This document shows positions 1 to 11,825 of a DNA stretch of 32,831 nucleotides, piece by piece. The position numbers and the translations under genes were made by a program. The DNA is from Octopus bimaculoides (taxonomy: Eukaryota). The DNA lies in NCBI RefSeq assembly GCF_001194135.2, contig NC_068985.1, positions 39,133,142 to 39,165,972 of the forward strand, written 5' to 3'. How positions within the stretch are numbered: the first letter of the stretch is position 1; every line of letters begins with the position of its first letter. The notes beneath the pieces are model-generated. The model did not search any database and was not told the origin of the DNA. It saw only the letters and a program-made list of their open reading frames with translations.

Positions 1-64
1 TGTCTGTGTGTGCGCATGTGTTAGAGTGTGTGTGTGTGCACACATACAACCATATATGCGCTTA

Positions 65-113
65 GATAGATAAATAGACAGAGAGACAGACTGACTGAAT
101 GATAGATAGATAA

Positions 114-164
<51 letters not shown>
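65..164. repeat. (GATA)n microsatellite with GACA/GACT variants
   Basis: Direct reading of the tandem tetranucleotide. Confidence 0.95.
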
Positions 165-778
165 CGTTATAATTTGTGAGATGTTTTCATGAAAGCCTGC
201 GGGCTGCCACCATATTTTGATCAGCTTGATTTAGATCGCCGTTTCCTAAACTCTTTCTTAGAGGAGAGCAGTATTAATACTGAAGAAGGACAACTCACTT
301 GCTCAAGGTGCTGCAGAATCTAGTTTGAAAAGGAATCGAATAATATCTCAAACTGCCTACGTGCAGCTTTGCAATTATTAACTCTCAGCCACTTAGATTG
401 AATGTTCCATTACATCCCATCTCCCTGGAACAATTTGCATGCCGCCTTTTACAAGAAGTTTCGGAGAAGTAAAGTTTCCATAGAATTGCATCCACCCTTC
501 AGATAGAATAACATTTCTCCTGGTCACTCACTATTGAACGACCAGAAGCTGGATGATCCTCAGGTTTTACACCAAAATGTCTTTTTCGCAAGCACATTTT
601 CTAAGTTTACTCCCGAGTAAACTTACTGCATAGTCGAAGCATTTCCTCGTTCAGGTGTGAGTCTAGCTGAGAGTGTCCTATTATTGACAAGAACAAATAA
701 GGCCTAAATTCATCTGTGTTCTTGCTAGCAGTTGCAGAGATGACATTTGGGGAGCTCCAATATATATGTGTAAGGGCA

Positions 779-782
<4 letters not shown>

Positions 783-863
<81 letters not shown>
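783..863. repeat. (GA)n microsatellite running into an assembly gap
   Basis: Perfect GA array ending at the N-run 864-1735. Confidence 0.97.
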
Positions 864-1735
864 NNNNNNNNNNNNNNNNNNNNNNNNNNNNNNNNNNNNN
901 NNNNNNNNNNNNNNNNNNNNNNNNNNNNNNNNNNNNNNNNNNNNNNNNNNNNNNNNNNNNNNNNNNNNNNNNNNNNNNNNNNNNNNNNNNNNNNNNNNNN
1001 NNNNNNNNNNNNNNNNNNNNNNNNNNNNNNNNNNNNNNNNNNNNNNNNNNNNNNNNNNNNNNNNNNNNNNNNNNNNNNNNNNNNNNNNNNNNNNNNNNNN
1101 NNNNNNNNNNNNNNNNNNNNNNNNNNNNNNNNNNNNNNNNNNNNNNNNNNNNNNNNNNNNNNNNNNNNNNNNNNNNNNNNNNNNNNNNNNNNNNNNNNNN
1201 NNNNNNNNNNNNNNNNNNNNNNNNNNNNNNNNNNNNNNNNNNNNNNNNNNNNNNNNNNNNNNNNNNNNNNNNNNNNNNNNNNNNNNNNNNNNNNNNNNNN
1301 NNNNNNNNNNNNNNNNNNNNNNNNNNNNNNNNNNNNNNNNNNNNNNNNNNNNNNNNNNNNNNNNNNNNNNNNNNNNNNNNNNNNNNNNNNNNNNNNNNNN
1401 NNNNNNNNNNNNNNNNNNNNNNNNNNNNNNNNNNNNNNNNNNNNNNNNNNNNNNNNNNNNNNNNNNNNNNNNNNNNNNNNNNNNNNNNNNNNNNNNNNNN
1501 NNNNNNNNNNNNNNNNNNNNNNNNNNNNNNNNNNNNNNNNNNNNNNNNNNNNNNNNNNNNNNNNNNNNNNNNNNNNNNNNNNNNNNNNNNNNNNNNNNNN
1601 NNNNNNNNNNNNNNNNNNNNNNNNNNNNNNNNNNNNNNNNNNNNNNNNNNNNNNNNNNNNNNNNNNNNNNNNNNNNNNNNNNNNNNNNNNNNNNNNNNNN
1701 NNNNNNNNNNNNNNNNNNNNNNNNNNNNNNNNNNN
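864..1735. other. Assembly gap (N-run). Other gaps: 2410-2994, 5527-5786, 7855-7864, 19081-19521, 21197-21511, 23454-23546, 29352-29859
   Basis: N characters; most gaps are flanked by microsatellites. Confidence 1.
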
Positions 1736-1767
<32 letters not shown>

Positions 1768-2152
1768 TGTACATATACATACACACTTTTCAGTAACTAT
1801 TGCGAAGAGAAGTGTAAACGGAAGAGGAAGTCACTCATATTTGATTAACTTTGATTGTTTATTAATTCTGTATTATTAAACACATTCATCTTTATCTCAA
1901 AAATCATTCTCGAATTCATACTTGTGAATAAAGCAGCTGTTGAAGGTAGGTACACACAATATAATTTGACTATTCTAGCTATATATTTTAGCAAGATTTA
2001 AATGAATATAATTAGCAATAATTATTTTCAGTACAGCAGAAAAGGAGCTGACGCTAATTTATTCAAATTGTTCAAATCAACATCGCCTGTTACGGTGTAG
2101 AAACGTAAAATGATTCAAAACATTGAAGCAAAATTTATAAAAAATCATACAT

Positions 2153-2326
2153 AAGCACAGAAGTGGCTGTGTGGTAAGAAGTTTGCTTCCCAACCACATG
2201 GTTCCGGTTTCAGTCCCACTGCGTGGCACCTTGCACAAGTGTCTTCTACTATAGCCTCGGGCCAGCGAAAGCCTTGAGACTGGATTTGGTAGATAGAAAC
2301 TGACAGACAGAAGCCCGTCGTATATA

Positions 2327-2368
<42 letters not shown>

Positions 2369-2409
2369 TGTGTGTGTGTGTTTGTCCAGCCACTGTCGCT
2401 TGCAAGAAT
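2153..2409 (+). mobile_element. tRNA-headed SINE, family B: 5' part with internal (TG)n tract; 3' end lost in gap
   Basis: A-box-like TGGCTGTGTGG at 2164 and B-box-like GGTTCCGGTTTCAGTCCC at about 2200-2217. These are followed by GCACCTTGCACAAGTGTCTTCTAC, which resembles the conserved 'CCTTGGGCAAG' SINE core, and then an internal TG microsatellite at 2328-2380. Confidence 0.8.
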
Positions 2410-4105
2410 NNNNNNNNNNNNNNNNNNNNNNNNNNNNNNNNNNNNNNNNNNNNNNNNNNNNNNNNNNNNNNNNNNNNNNNNNNNNNNNNNNNNNNNNNNN
2501 NNNNNNNNNNNNNNNNNNNNNNNNNNNNNNNNNNNNNNNNNNNNNNNNNNNNNNNNNNNNNNNNNNNNNNNNNNNNNNNNNNNNNNNNNNNNNNNNNNNN
2601 NNNNNNNNNNNNNNNNNNNNNNNNNNNNNNNNNNNNNNNNNNNNNNNNNNNNNNNNNNNNNNNNNNNNNNNNNNNNNNNNNNNNNNNNNNNNNNNNNNNN
2701 NNNNNNNNNNNNNNNNNNNNNNNNNNNNNNNNNNNNNNNNNNNNNNNNNNNNNNNNNNNNNNNNNNNNNNNNNNNNNNNNNNNNNNNNNNNNNNNNNNNN
2801 NNNNNNNNNNNNNNNNNNNNNNNNNNNNNNNNNNNNNNNNNNNNNNNNNNNNNNNNNNNNNNNNNNNNNNNNNNNNNNNNNNNNNNNNNNNNNNNNNNNN
2901 NNNNNNNNNNNNNNNNNNNNNNNNNNNNNNNNNNNNNNNNNNNNNNNNNNNNNNNNNNNNNNNNNNNNNNNNNNNNNNNNNNNNNNNNNNNNNNTGTGTG
3001 GTCATCATTGGTAGTAGAAATAGCACTAGTCAACTCCAGCTCATAATAAGTGACATATGGTCACTGATCTTGCAATAGGAAATTTAGCTTGTTAGAAAAG
3101 AAATCAAAACCGTACGGTCCGGTGGTTTCGTAGCTGGATGTTGGTAGGGGTTGAATCCCTTGCTTGCAGACTGCATCGAATAACCTGTTTGAGGAGGCAG
3201 CCTCCTAGGGTTAAAAATAACAGTAACGTCAGTCCCCACGGAACAGCCATGTTTGAGTAGCGATAAGCATTACTTCTCTATATAGTTACTGCTTTCATCT
3301 CTTATAGAGTTTCTCTCACTAGACAATTTGGTTTCCAGATTGTTCCCCAAATAAGTAGCAAGCTTCTGATGGCAATAATGCAACGGAAAACTAATGTCTT
3401 CCAATACCATGCACGATCAAGTTTTCTATTGCGTCAACTCATATTTACAATCAACTTATATTTTTACCAGCTTTTGACATGTACATGGAAATATATATTT
3501 TGATTACTCACTGTAATTCCCAGACCCCGAAAACTTTTTCATTCTGGTGTCATAATATTCTCCGGATACATCTACACCGATTGTGCTGCTATTTATGCAC
3601 TGATATTGCACAGCTAGCTACTCGTAATTTTTTTCTAATATTTCAGCTAAAACATTTTTTGTAACTTTTACGTAATTGAAAAGTTAGTATTTTTCCTGTA
3701 ATTTTTAATGTTTTTCTTCTTTGTGCAGAGAAATTTTACTTAGTAAATTTATACGTTTCTAGCTTTGCATATGGAATACATTGTAACATTGCTCACAAAA
3801 ATATGCGGTTTAAATGAAAAATATTAACAATTCTTTCTGCCGAACTGCAAACGATTTTGTCTTCTACAGTTGAATACCTGTATTTGAATTGATAATACTA
3901 TGTCTTTATTTCTCGACATAGCAGAAGAAACTTATTATCAAAAGCATGCTAGGCACAAGCATTTTGTATCTAGGATAATATTAGCTAAACTGTCATCCCC
4001 ATTCAAGATGTTATGGTGATATATGAAGATAATTTTGCTGAAGATCAAGCTGTTATGCAGATCATTCAATGGCTGGAAGTAGGCGATATTCTAACCTCAT
4101 AGAAC

Positions 4106-4560
4106 TATGATTTTAGTAGTTCCAGCACGAGATCTGCAGCTGTGCTTGGGCATCTCCCTTAGCCTTGCTACACCTTCATTATTTGAAACCCCTCAGACTG
4201 ACATTTGGTGAATGAGATAGTTTGATGTTCCTGCCCTCGTCTGCATTTCCTGCCGCGAGGTAGATTCATGCGGAACTCTTGACAGGACGAGATCCAGTTT
4301 TGGTTTGAAGATAACTTCATCCACGTTATATAGCTCTCTCAAGATTTTTGTGGAGAATCCTTCAAACCAAACATTTGTTATATGCGGTTCTGTATTTTGA
4401 TGGCTATTTTGGGATCTATGACAGTATGCTGTGGCGTTTGGATGTTTTTGTAAATTTCGATGCCAAAGTTTGGTACAAGTACTTCCAGGATTTTCTAGCT
4501 GTATATTACTGCATATTTCTCCAGTCTTTGTTCTGCCTCTCCTAGTAATTGACATGTCGC
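4106..4560 (-). mobile_element. 3' end of a CR1-group (CR1/L2/Crack-like) LINE: ORF2 C-terminus pseudogene plus 3' tail
   Basis: Minus-strand frames give EKYAVIYS*KILEVLVPNFGIE and ...LRELYNVDEVIFKPKLDLVLSRVPHE...RAGTSNYLIHQM. These match the CR1-group ORF2 C-terminal pattern ERY.IIY.WKILEGLVPN / FK.KLD.FLS.VPDEP...A.SNSL..Q. Frameshifts and stops are present. Confidence 0.8.
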
Positions 4561-4563
4561 ATT

Positions 4564-4730
4564 GAACTGGCAGAATCGTTAGTAGGCAACGCAAAATCCT
4601 TTGCTGCATTTCGTCCGTCTTTACGTTCTGAGTTGTAATTCCACTGTTAGTTGACTTTGCCTTTCACACTTTCGGGATCGATGAAGGAAGTACCAGTTGA
4701 GTACTGACATTGAAGTAATCGACTTCATCC
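4564..4730 (+). mobile_element. SINE-like family A copy, 3'-truncated
   Basis: CTGGCAGAATCGTTAG...CATTTCGTCCGTCTTTACGTTCTGAGTT...GACTTTGCCTTTCA...AAGTACCAGTTGAGTACTG is shared with the other family A copies in this window. Confidence 0.85.
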
Positions 4731-4743
4731 ATGTCTTGAAGTA

Positions 4744-5526
4744 CTAGCGGAAATCCGCAGTACGAGCGATTTTTATACAAGCGACCGCTTGTCGGCACCG
4801 AGCTGACACGCGCTCTCCTAACACGCACAGTCCTCGCTCGCTCAGTTCACGTGTTTAACTAGTTGTGTCAGCATCGCTGTTGTGTTTTTCCCAGTGTTTT
4901 TGCTTAGTTCTGTGCATTTTTTGCGGTTATTTTATAATAATGAGTTGCGTTAGCCATGGGTCCTAAGAATGTTAGCGCAAGAGACAGTGCTGAATTCGGT
5001 GGAACACATTGGTTCCCCGGAGGACAGTAAAGCGGAGAATGTTATCTCTACAGGTCACATAGAGGCAATGTCGGTAACATGGCAGTATGTTTCTAAATTT
5101 GTAGAACAATATCATCCGGAAAAAGAAGTTACAGATCGTGCAATTGCTTTATTTAATGACACTGCTATGGTGCATTTTCTTAACAATCTGAAAGGCAGGA
5201 GAAAGTAGACTGGATATTTTCTAGCGAAACCACCTGCAAGCGTAAAAAGTGAAGAAAGTGTGTCCAAAATGCCTAAATTAAGTGAGAGAAGAAAAAAATA
5301 AACAGAAACTGTTCTTCCTGAAGTCTTAATGGAAGGAGATTCTCCTTTCAAGCAGAAAAGCCTTCCCCTCCTTGTTCTATCGTCTTCCTCACGCACAAAG
5401 CGTCCCATCTTTAAGGTATTTCAGTTAATGAAACCTTGTCATTTGACTTGTAACCACATCTTTTCTGTTTCAAAACCCGTTAAAAATTATTTGGGGTTGG
5501 TTATGCGGGCTGGAACGGATTAATTA
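4744..5526 (+). mobile_element. Internally deleted Tigger/pogo (TcMar) DNA transposon; 3' TIR lost in gap
   Basis: ATG at 4956 reads MGPKNVSARDSAE, a Tigger-type N-terminus. The sequence then jumps to C-terminal motifs WQYVSKFVEQYHPEKEVTDRAIALFNDTAMVHFLNNLKGRRK and MEGDSPFKQ. The 3' subterminal motif GGAACGGATTAATT lies at about 5512-5525. The HTH and DDE regions are missing. Confidence 0.8.
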
Positions 5527-5865
5527 NNNNNNNNNNNNNNNNNNNNNNNNNNNNNNNNNNNNNNNNNNNNNNNNNNNNNNNNNNNNNNNNNNNNNNNNNN
5601 NNNNNNNNNNNNNNNNNNNNNNNNNNNNNNNNNNNNNNNNNNNNNNNNNNNNNNNNNNNNNNNNNNNNNNNNNNNNNNNNNNNNNNNNNNNNNNNNNNNN
5701 NNNNNNNNNNNNNNNNNNNNNNNNNNNNNNNNNNNNNNNNNNNNNNNNNNNNNNNNNNNNNNNNNNNNNNNNNNNNNNNNNNNNNNGTGTGTGTGTGTGT
5801 GTGTTTGTGTGATTGGGGGGTGTTTGTGTGTGTGTCTGTGTGTGTGAATGTGTGGGGGGGGGAGT

Positions 5866-5896
<31 letters not shown>

Positions 5897-6484
5897 AAGA
5901 TAAACTTACTTGAAGATTATCTTTATCTTTTTGATGCGAGTCTATACTGTTTTCTTTCTCATCCTTTCTTTAATTCCCTTTTTCCTCCCCTTCACCGTTT
6001 TCTATCTCTCGCTCTCTCCTTCATTCTCCGTTTTTCTCTCTCATTGCTCACACGTGACAATCGTCCATCTTTTCTTTCAAGACTGTCTTAAGGACAGCAC
6101 GTATCCAATTTTTCTCTTCCATCTTTTCTCTTGTCAAAGAAAATATTTCTCCAGCGTTTGCTATTTTACCCTCGTTCTAGTCTAATGTCTCTCCATGTTT
6201 GTTTCCCTTCGGTTTCCTTGTATGTGACCACTCTCCTCTTTTTGTTCCCAATTTTGACCCTCTATAAATCTCAAATTTTAGTTTGATATTTATGGGAGTA
6301 ACTCTCTTCGAAGACTCATATTGTCATTCATTGCTCGAAATGAGGAGCAGATAGATAGCCGACAACTGATGAAGGGTCGTTCTTTATGTTACTTGACCTG
6401 TTTTCCATTTATTCCTCTTGTTTCCGTATTGAATTCGTTTGCCTTCGTATGTCATGTTTGTTTACTGCTGGTGACGTCCTGTAC

Positions 6485-6915
<431 letters not shown>

Positions 6916-8087
6916 TTATTTACATATATATATACACATTTATGGCATGGTATAGATTATGATGATAAAGAACTGTAGCTCTCTTTTCATATACACTATA
7001 CATATGTGTACGCGTCAGTGTACGTGTGTGATCCTTGATGTAGGCACGATTGGAAATAACACGCGCTTCAAATTTATCGCACATGCACACAAACAAAGGA
7101 TGATCACGTCAACACGTAAACACTACATCACACGAAATTTAACATTCTAACAGTAAATTTCCAAGACCAAAAATTCTTCATTCCAGAACGTAAATATAGA
7201 GATATGCTTGGTTAAGATTTCTACTTTTCCAATAATGCAATTTGCCTACAGAGAACTTTATCGCTGTGTTCCATAATTATGGCAAGTGCTTCAGATTCGT
7301 TACGCATCAACTAATCTATTTTATTCAATTTATTAAGTGTTTCAAAATAGCTATCATTTACATAGGGAAGAGTAAATTATGGCTTTACACATCTTCCATA
7401 TTAACTGCTTTGATATAATTATGTCTCATTTACTTGTTTCTTGGGTATTCCAGTCATGCGCAGTGATATATGTATATATATTTGTATGAGCGTGTGTGTG
7501 TCAGTGTAGGTAAATGTATAGTTATATAAATGTATAGATATGTATATATATACATATATACATAAAAATATATATATATATATATATGTATATATGTTGG
7601 TATATATGTACGTACATTTATATATATATACACACATGATTATATATATATATATGTATATATGTGAATGAATAATTGAACATATACATATATGCATATA
7701 TATGAGAGGACGGTAAATTGATAGCTAAATATGCAGAGTGCGAGGAGAGAGAGATGCTTTGGTATGCTTGTACATGCAAATTTTTGAATTCATACATAAC
7801 ATTATATATATATATAATATTGGCTAAACTGGCAATATGACCATCCCCAAGTACNNNNNNNNNNATCTATGTATGTATGTATGTATATATATATATGTAT
7901 ATATATATCAATCTCCCCTAATATACACAAATAATCTAATGTGCATATATTTACATTTGCGAGTGTGTGTGCCTGCGCGATTTATTTGTGGATAGATGAC
8001 ATAGGATTTTAGTTCTATGTACGAATATCACTCAGAATAAGGCGAACTCATTACTTTATGCAGAGTAATACTTATTTTAGGCCTTAA

Positions 8088-8320
8088 GGCGGCGAGCTGG
8101 CAGAAACATTAGCACACCGGTCGAAATGCTTAGCGGTATTTCGTCCTCCGTTACGTTCTGAGTTCAAATTCCGCCGAGGTCGACTTTGCCTTTCTTCCTT
8201 TCGTGATCGGTGAATTCAAGTACCCGTTACGCACTGAGGTCGATGTAATCAACTTAATCCCTTCGTCTGTCCTTTTTTGTCCCCTCTATGTTTAGCCCCT
8301 TGTGGGCAATAAAGAAATAA
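8088..8320 (+). mobile_element. SINE-like family A, full-length copy, tail type 1
   Basis: GGCGGCGAGCTGGCAGAAACATTAGCAC...TTCAAATTCCGCCGAGGTCGACTTTGCCTTTC, ending TTTAGCCCCTTGTGGGCAATAAAGAAATAA. Confidence 0.9.
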
Positions 8321-8527
8321 CAAACGTTACCATGTCGAGCAAAGTACTTTACAGTATTTCGTCTGTCTATACGTTTTAAGTTCAAATTCCGCGGCGGCAG
8401 GCTTTGCCTTTCATCCCTTCGGGGTCTATAAAAATAAGTACCAGTTGAGCACTGGCATCGATGTAATCGATTTATTCTCTTCCTCCAAAATGCTGGCCGT
8501 GTGCCAAAATGTGAGACCAATATTATT
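8321..8527 (+). mobile_element. SINE-like family A, tail type 2
   Basis: Same core; ends AAAATGCTGGCCGTGTGCCAAAATGTGAGACCAATATTATT. Confidence 0.85.
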
Positions 8528-8613
8528 TCAGGATTGTAACAGTTTAATATATCTCGGTAGCCAGTAGTTTCGTCTAGGGATTTTGAAACAGAATGTATAT
8601 TTTGTGAGCTTCA

Positions 8614-8831
8614 AACTATGTTTTAAAATTTTGACACGAGGTCAACAATTTCAGGGTTAGGTTTAGTCAATTATATCGAACCCTGTGATCAACTGATACA
8701 TATTTTAGTGACTGCGAAAAAATAAAAGGCTAAGTCGACCTTGGTGGAATTTGAACACGGAATCTATATATGAACGAAATGCCGCTAAGCATTTGCTAGG
8801 CGTGTTAACGATTCTGCCAGCTTGCCACCTT
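8614..8831 (-). mobile_element. SINE-like family A, tail type 2, reverse orientation
   Basis: Reverse complement reads GGTGGCAAGCTGGCAGAATCGTTAACACGCC...TTCAAATTCCACCAAGGTCGACTTAGCC...AAATTGTTGACCTCGTGTCAAAATTTTAAAAC. Confidence 0.85.
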
Positions 8832-9101
8832 AGCTTCAAACCATACTGATGAGAAATGAGGTCTTCCTCCAAGAAAGAGGAATTCCTGCTTTACGAGAGG
8901 AAGTTAGTGTTTGATTGTCTTTAAGGCGTTGAAGTCTTCTGGCCGCAATGAATCATTTTGGTTAGCGTTTTGATGGGGAAGATCTACTTGTTAATTGGGA
9001 AATGGAGGTGCGAGTGTAGTTTGGGATGTATATATTAGTTTGAATACGTAGATACGTGAGTGAATGTAGGTTTTAGATTGAATGTAGGCATTGTTAAATA
9101 T

Positions 9102-9259
9102 GGAGAGCTGGCAACGTTCAAATTCCGCCGATGTCAACTTTGCCGTTCGTCCTTGCTGAATCGATACAATAAGTGCTAGTTGAACACTGAAGTCGAGGTA
9201 ATCGGCTTACCTCATCCTTCCGAGCTTACCGGTCTTTCACCAAAATTTGAAACCAATAT
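9102..9259 (+). mobile_element. SINE-like family A with internal deletion, tail type 2
   Basis: GAGCTGGCA is joined directly to ACGTTCAAATTCCGCCG; ends CCAAAATTTGAAACCAATAT. Confidence 0.8.
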
Positions 9260-9559
9260 CAAACAATACATGTAGACACACACATGCGTATATACATGAT
9301 AACACTCAACGACAAGCATGCGTATACAATCATATATTCACAAATATACATAAAACACGCATATAAACACAAGTGAGCTTATATGCAAATATATGGATGT
9401 ATGTAAACACTGATATCTATTTTCGTAGAAATATGTAAAGAAATGTATAAACATTATCGTTTACACATACATAGTGTATGTGCTACCGATAATGTTTACA
9501 TTACCAGAGCTGCTTTTAAATCGTAATTTATTGAAATATGCATTTACATGTATACACAT

Positions 9560-10200
9560 GCTGAAGATGTCCCTGTCCAAGTATTGTTAAGAAGTTCTTC
9601 CATATTTGTAGTTGAAAGGTTCTTTATTATTGCGGATGTTTGCAATTTTATTCTATGTAGATAGTCTTCTGTAGTAATGTTGTTTATCTGTGTTGATGTC
9701 TAGAGTTACATCTAAGAATTTGGTTTTAGGTAAATTATTGCTAACTTTTACATTCATATCAAAAACCTCGAATATAGCAGTGAAAATATTCTTCTCGCTA
9801 TCTGTACAAGTCTTGGTTAATAATACTGCATTTGATTGCTAAGCAGTCCTCGCTTGGGAAGGTGTTTTGGAGGTGTTTAAGATTAGTAATTTTACATTGT
9901 CGTTTGCATCTGTACCATCATAGCTACTCGTGGATGAGTTCAACGGAGGGCTACTTTCATTTTTGATCCAGTAGGAATCGCTGTGATATATTTGTGTGTC
10001 TCAAACATTTATTATTAGCCTTTTCAATAATTATGGCGAGTCTTCTTGTGAAATTCAGGACCTCGAGAAGTGATTTACTCATAGGCTGATGAAAGTTTAT
10101 AATGTCCAATTGGTTGACGTTCAAACTGTGCAACTTTGTTACGTGTCTTTGGGTAAACTCATTGACTGCCATGACGTGTGTAGACAAGTCTGGTGTTAAA
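9560..10200 (-). mobile_element. Decayed Penelope-like retroelement RT fragment of the GLYRDDG type, possibly Naiad/Chlamys clade
   Basis: Minus-strand motifs appear in the expected order: LDIINFHQPMSKSLLEVLNF (like FDI..FYPSI...LL..AL.F), SYDGT at 9911-9925 (like MGSYDGAE), DLYR* at 9796-9812 (like GLYRDDGL), FLDVTLDI at 9695-9718, and KHP.AIIKNL (like SNHPP.II..LP). Confidence 0.75.
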
Positions 10201-10594
10201 TGGTATTACACTAATAAATAGTTGGCTGTTGTTATCTAAAAATAAACTATCGCAGAAATATATATCAACACAGAACGAACTCCGAACTACTCTAACGCAT
10301 ATACGACACTCAGTATTCACTGTTCAACTACCGAGTGTTAAACCAGCACACGTCGAGCTAACAAGGTAAACCAGCACGGTCGCACTAATAGCGTCAACTA
10401 TCCCCTTGACAGTTCACTCAGTTAATCCATCTTCAGTCACGTGGGACTGTTCAGGATTCTCCCATAACATAGACCAAGAATCGAAACTCCCTCCAATAAC
10501 ATGAAGCGTCGTCAAGGAAGCTACATTATAACTCTGTGGCTCGTAAAGCCTTAGCTGAAATGTTACAAGTTTTAAAACAGTCATTGATATTTCT

Positions 10595-10835
10595 GAAGGT
10601 GCGTGGTCTAGTGTTTACGGCGATTTACTCCCGATCGCAAGATTGTGCTTTCGATTTCCGGACCTATTGGTGCGTTGTGTTCTTGAGCAAAACATTTCAT
10701 TTCACGGTTTTGTAGTCCACTTAGTTGTAAATGAGTAACCCTCCAACGGACTGGCATCAGGGGAATTGTTGTGAACTCGCTCAATTATACGCCTTGGAAA
10801 TCGAGTAACCGGTTCTAGGGGCCTAAGACTCAATG
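10595..10835 (+). mobile_element. tRNA-headed SINE, family C (V/Meta-SINE-like core)
   Basis: A-box TGGTCTAGTG at 10604, B-box-like TTTCGATTTCC, core GCGTTGTGTTCTTGAGCAAAACATTTCATTTCAC and CCAACGGACTGGCATC. Confidence 0.7.
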
Positions 10836-11053
10836 GTATCCAGGGATTTGTAGATTAGGATATTTATTAAGTAAGCACCAGATATTTTATCTTATTGCAT
10901 TCAACGGACAGCTTGCACACGTCTGAATATTCAAAACCTCTACGGTCATTTCCATGTCCTTCAGATCAACATTCATCCCCACTGCTGCATGATGATTAGA
11001 AAGCTTCCTTAACGACATAGCAGTTCAGTTAGCAATATTTCTGACAAATAAAG

Positions 11054-11257
11054 AAGGTGAGGTGATATAATCGTTACCGCGCCGAGGAAAATTCTTATCG
11101 GTATTTTCTCTGTCTTTACGTTCTATGTTCAAATTCCACCGAGGTCGACTTTGCCTTTCATCATTTCAGGCTGTATCAGTTGAGCGCAAGGGTTGATGTA
11201 GTCGACTACCTCTCCCCTGAAAACGCTGGCCTTGTTACAAAATTTCAAATCAATATT
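11054..11257 (+). mobile_element. SINE-like family A, tail type 2
   Basis: Core TTCAAATTCCACCGAGGTCGACTTTGCCTTTCATC; ends CGCTGGCCTTGTTACAAAATTTCAAATCAATATT. Confidence 0.85.
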
Positions 11258-11689
11258 TCCGACAATTGAGAATTAGCCAAACTGTTCTGATTCCAGACAA
11301 AGCTTTAACAATTTACCAAACATTGCATAGCCGTCAAATGTAAATAACGTAAATAATGCACATAATTCTTTATCTCTTATATATCGAACTGTATTGCATA
11401 ACCTTATAGTACATATAACAGTTTGTAGTGATAGAATGAGCTATAACTGATTCCCAATAAATGTACACACTATTTGAGTACCATTTCTTTTGTAAAGATA
11501 AGCGCGTGCATGCATGTGTGTACCCTAAAGGTGGCGGTTAGTAAGCATAGAAAGGAATCAAACCTTAACTATCGATGGTAGTTATCAATGGGAATTTGAA
11601 CTACATTTCTAACTGTATCTCTTGGTCCACTAATTACCTTTAATGGTCACCGATCAACATTTTTCGTTTGGATAATCTTATGTAATACT

Positions 11690-11825
11690 GATGTCTGTCA
11701 GCCTGATAGAGCAGACTCTGATCAAAGCCGTTCCAGCTGTAACTACTCCAAAGTTTCGAATAACTTATCTAATGTATCTTTCCTCTAATTTGAGGAAAGT
11801 TTGGCAGCTATCTCTAGGGATTAAA
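11690..11825 (+). repeat. Old dispersed repeat, unclassified; related copies at about 15325-15510 and 31490-31670
   Basis: Shared degenerate blocks (G)ATCAAAG..TTCCAGC and TGGC.G.TAT.TCTAG occur in three places. Confidence 0.45.

Noticed and set aside
400-770. Moderately complex non-repetitive stretch, possibly an old LINE fragment or an exon
   Set aside because: It has no sustained open frame or diagnostic motif on either strand.
1785-1848. Possible terminal coding exon (TTTTCAG|T AAC...NYCEEKCKRKRKSLIFD*) with a downstream AATAAA
   Set aside because: It is very short, has no recognisable homology, and its upstream context is a gap and microsatellite. It cannot be distinguished from chance.
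681-3078. Long ORFs of 200-367 aa in the track; likewise those at 18952-19712, 21101-21642 and 29154-29930
   Set aside because: They are open only because they run through N-gaps and dinucleotide repeats.
6366-6410. CTGATGA followed by a GGTC...GACC stem (hammerhead-like); similar CTGATGA at 8846
   Set aside because: No GAAA follows stem II at 6366. At 8846 the spacing is wrong and stems I and III are absent.
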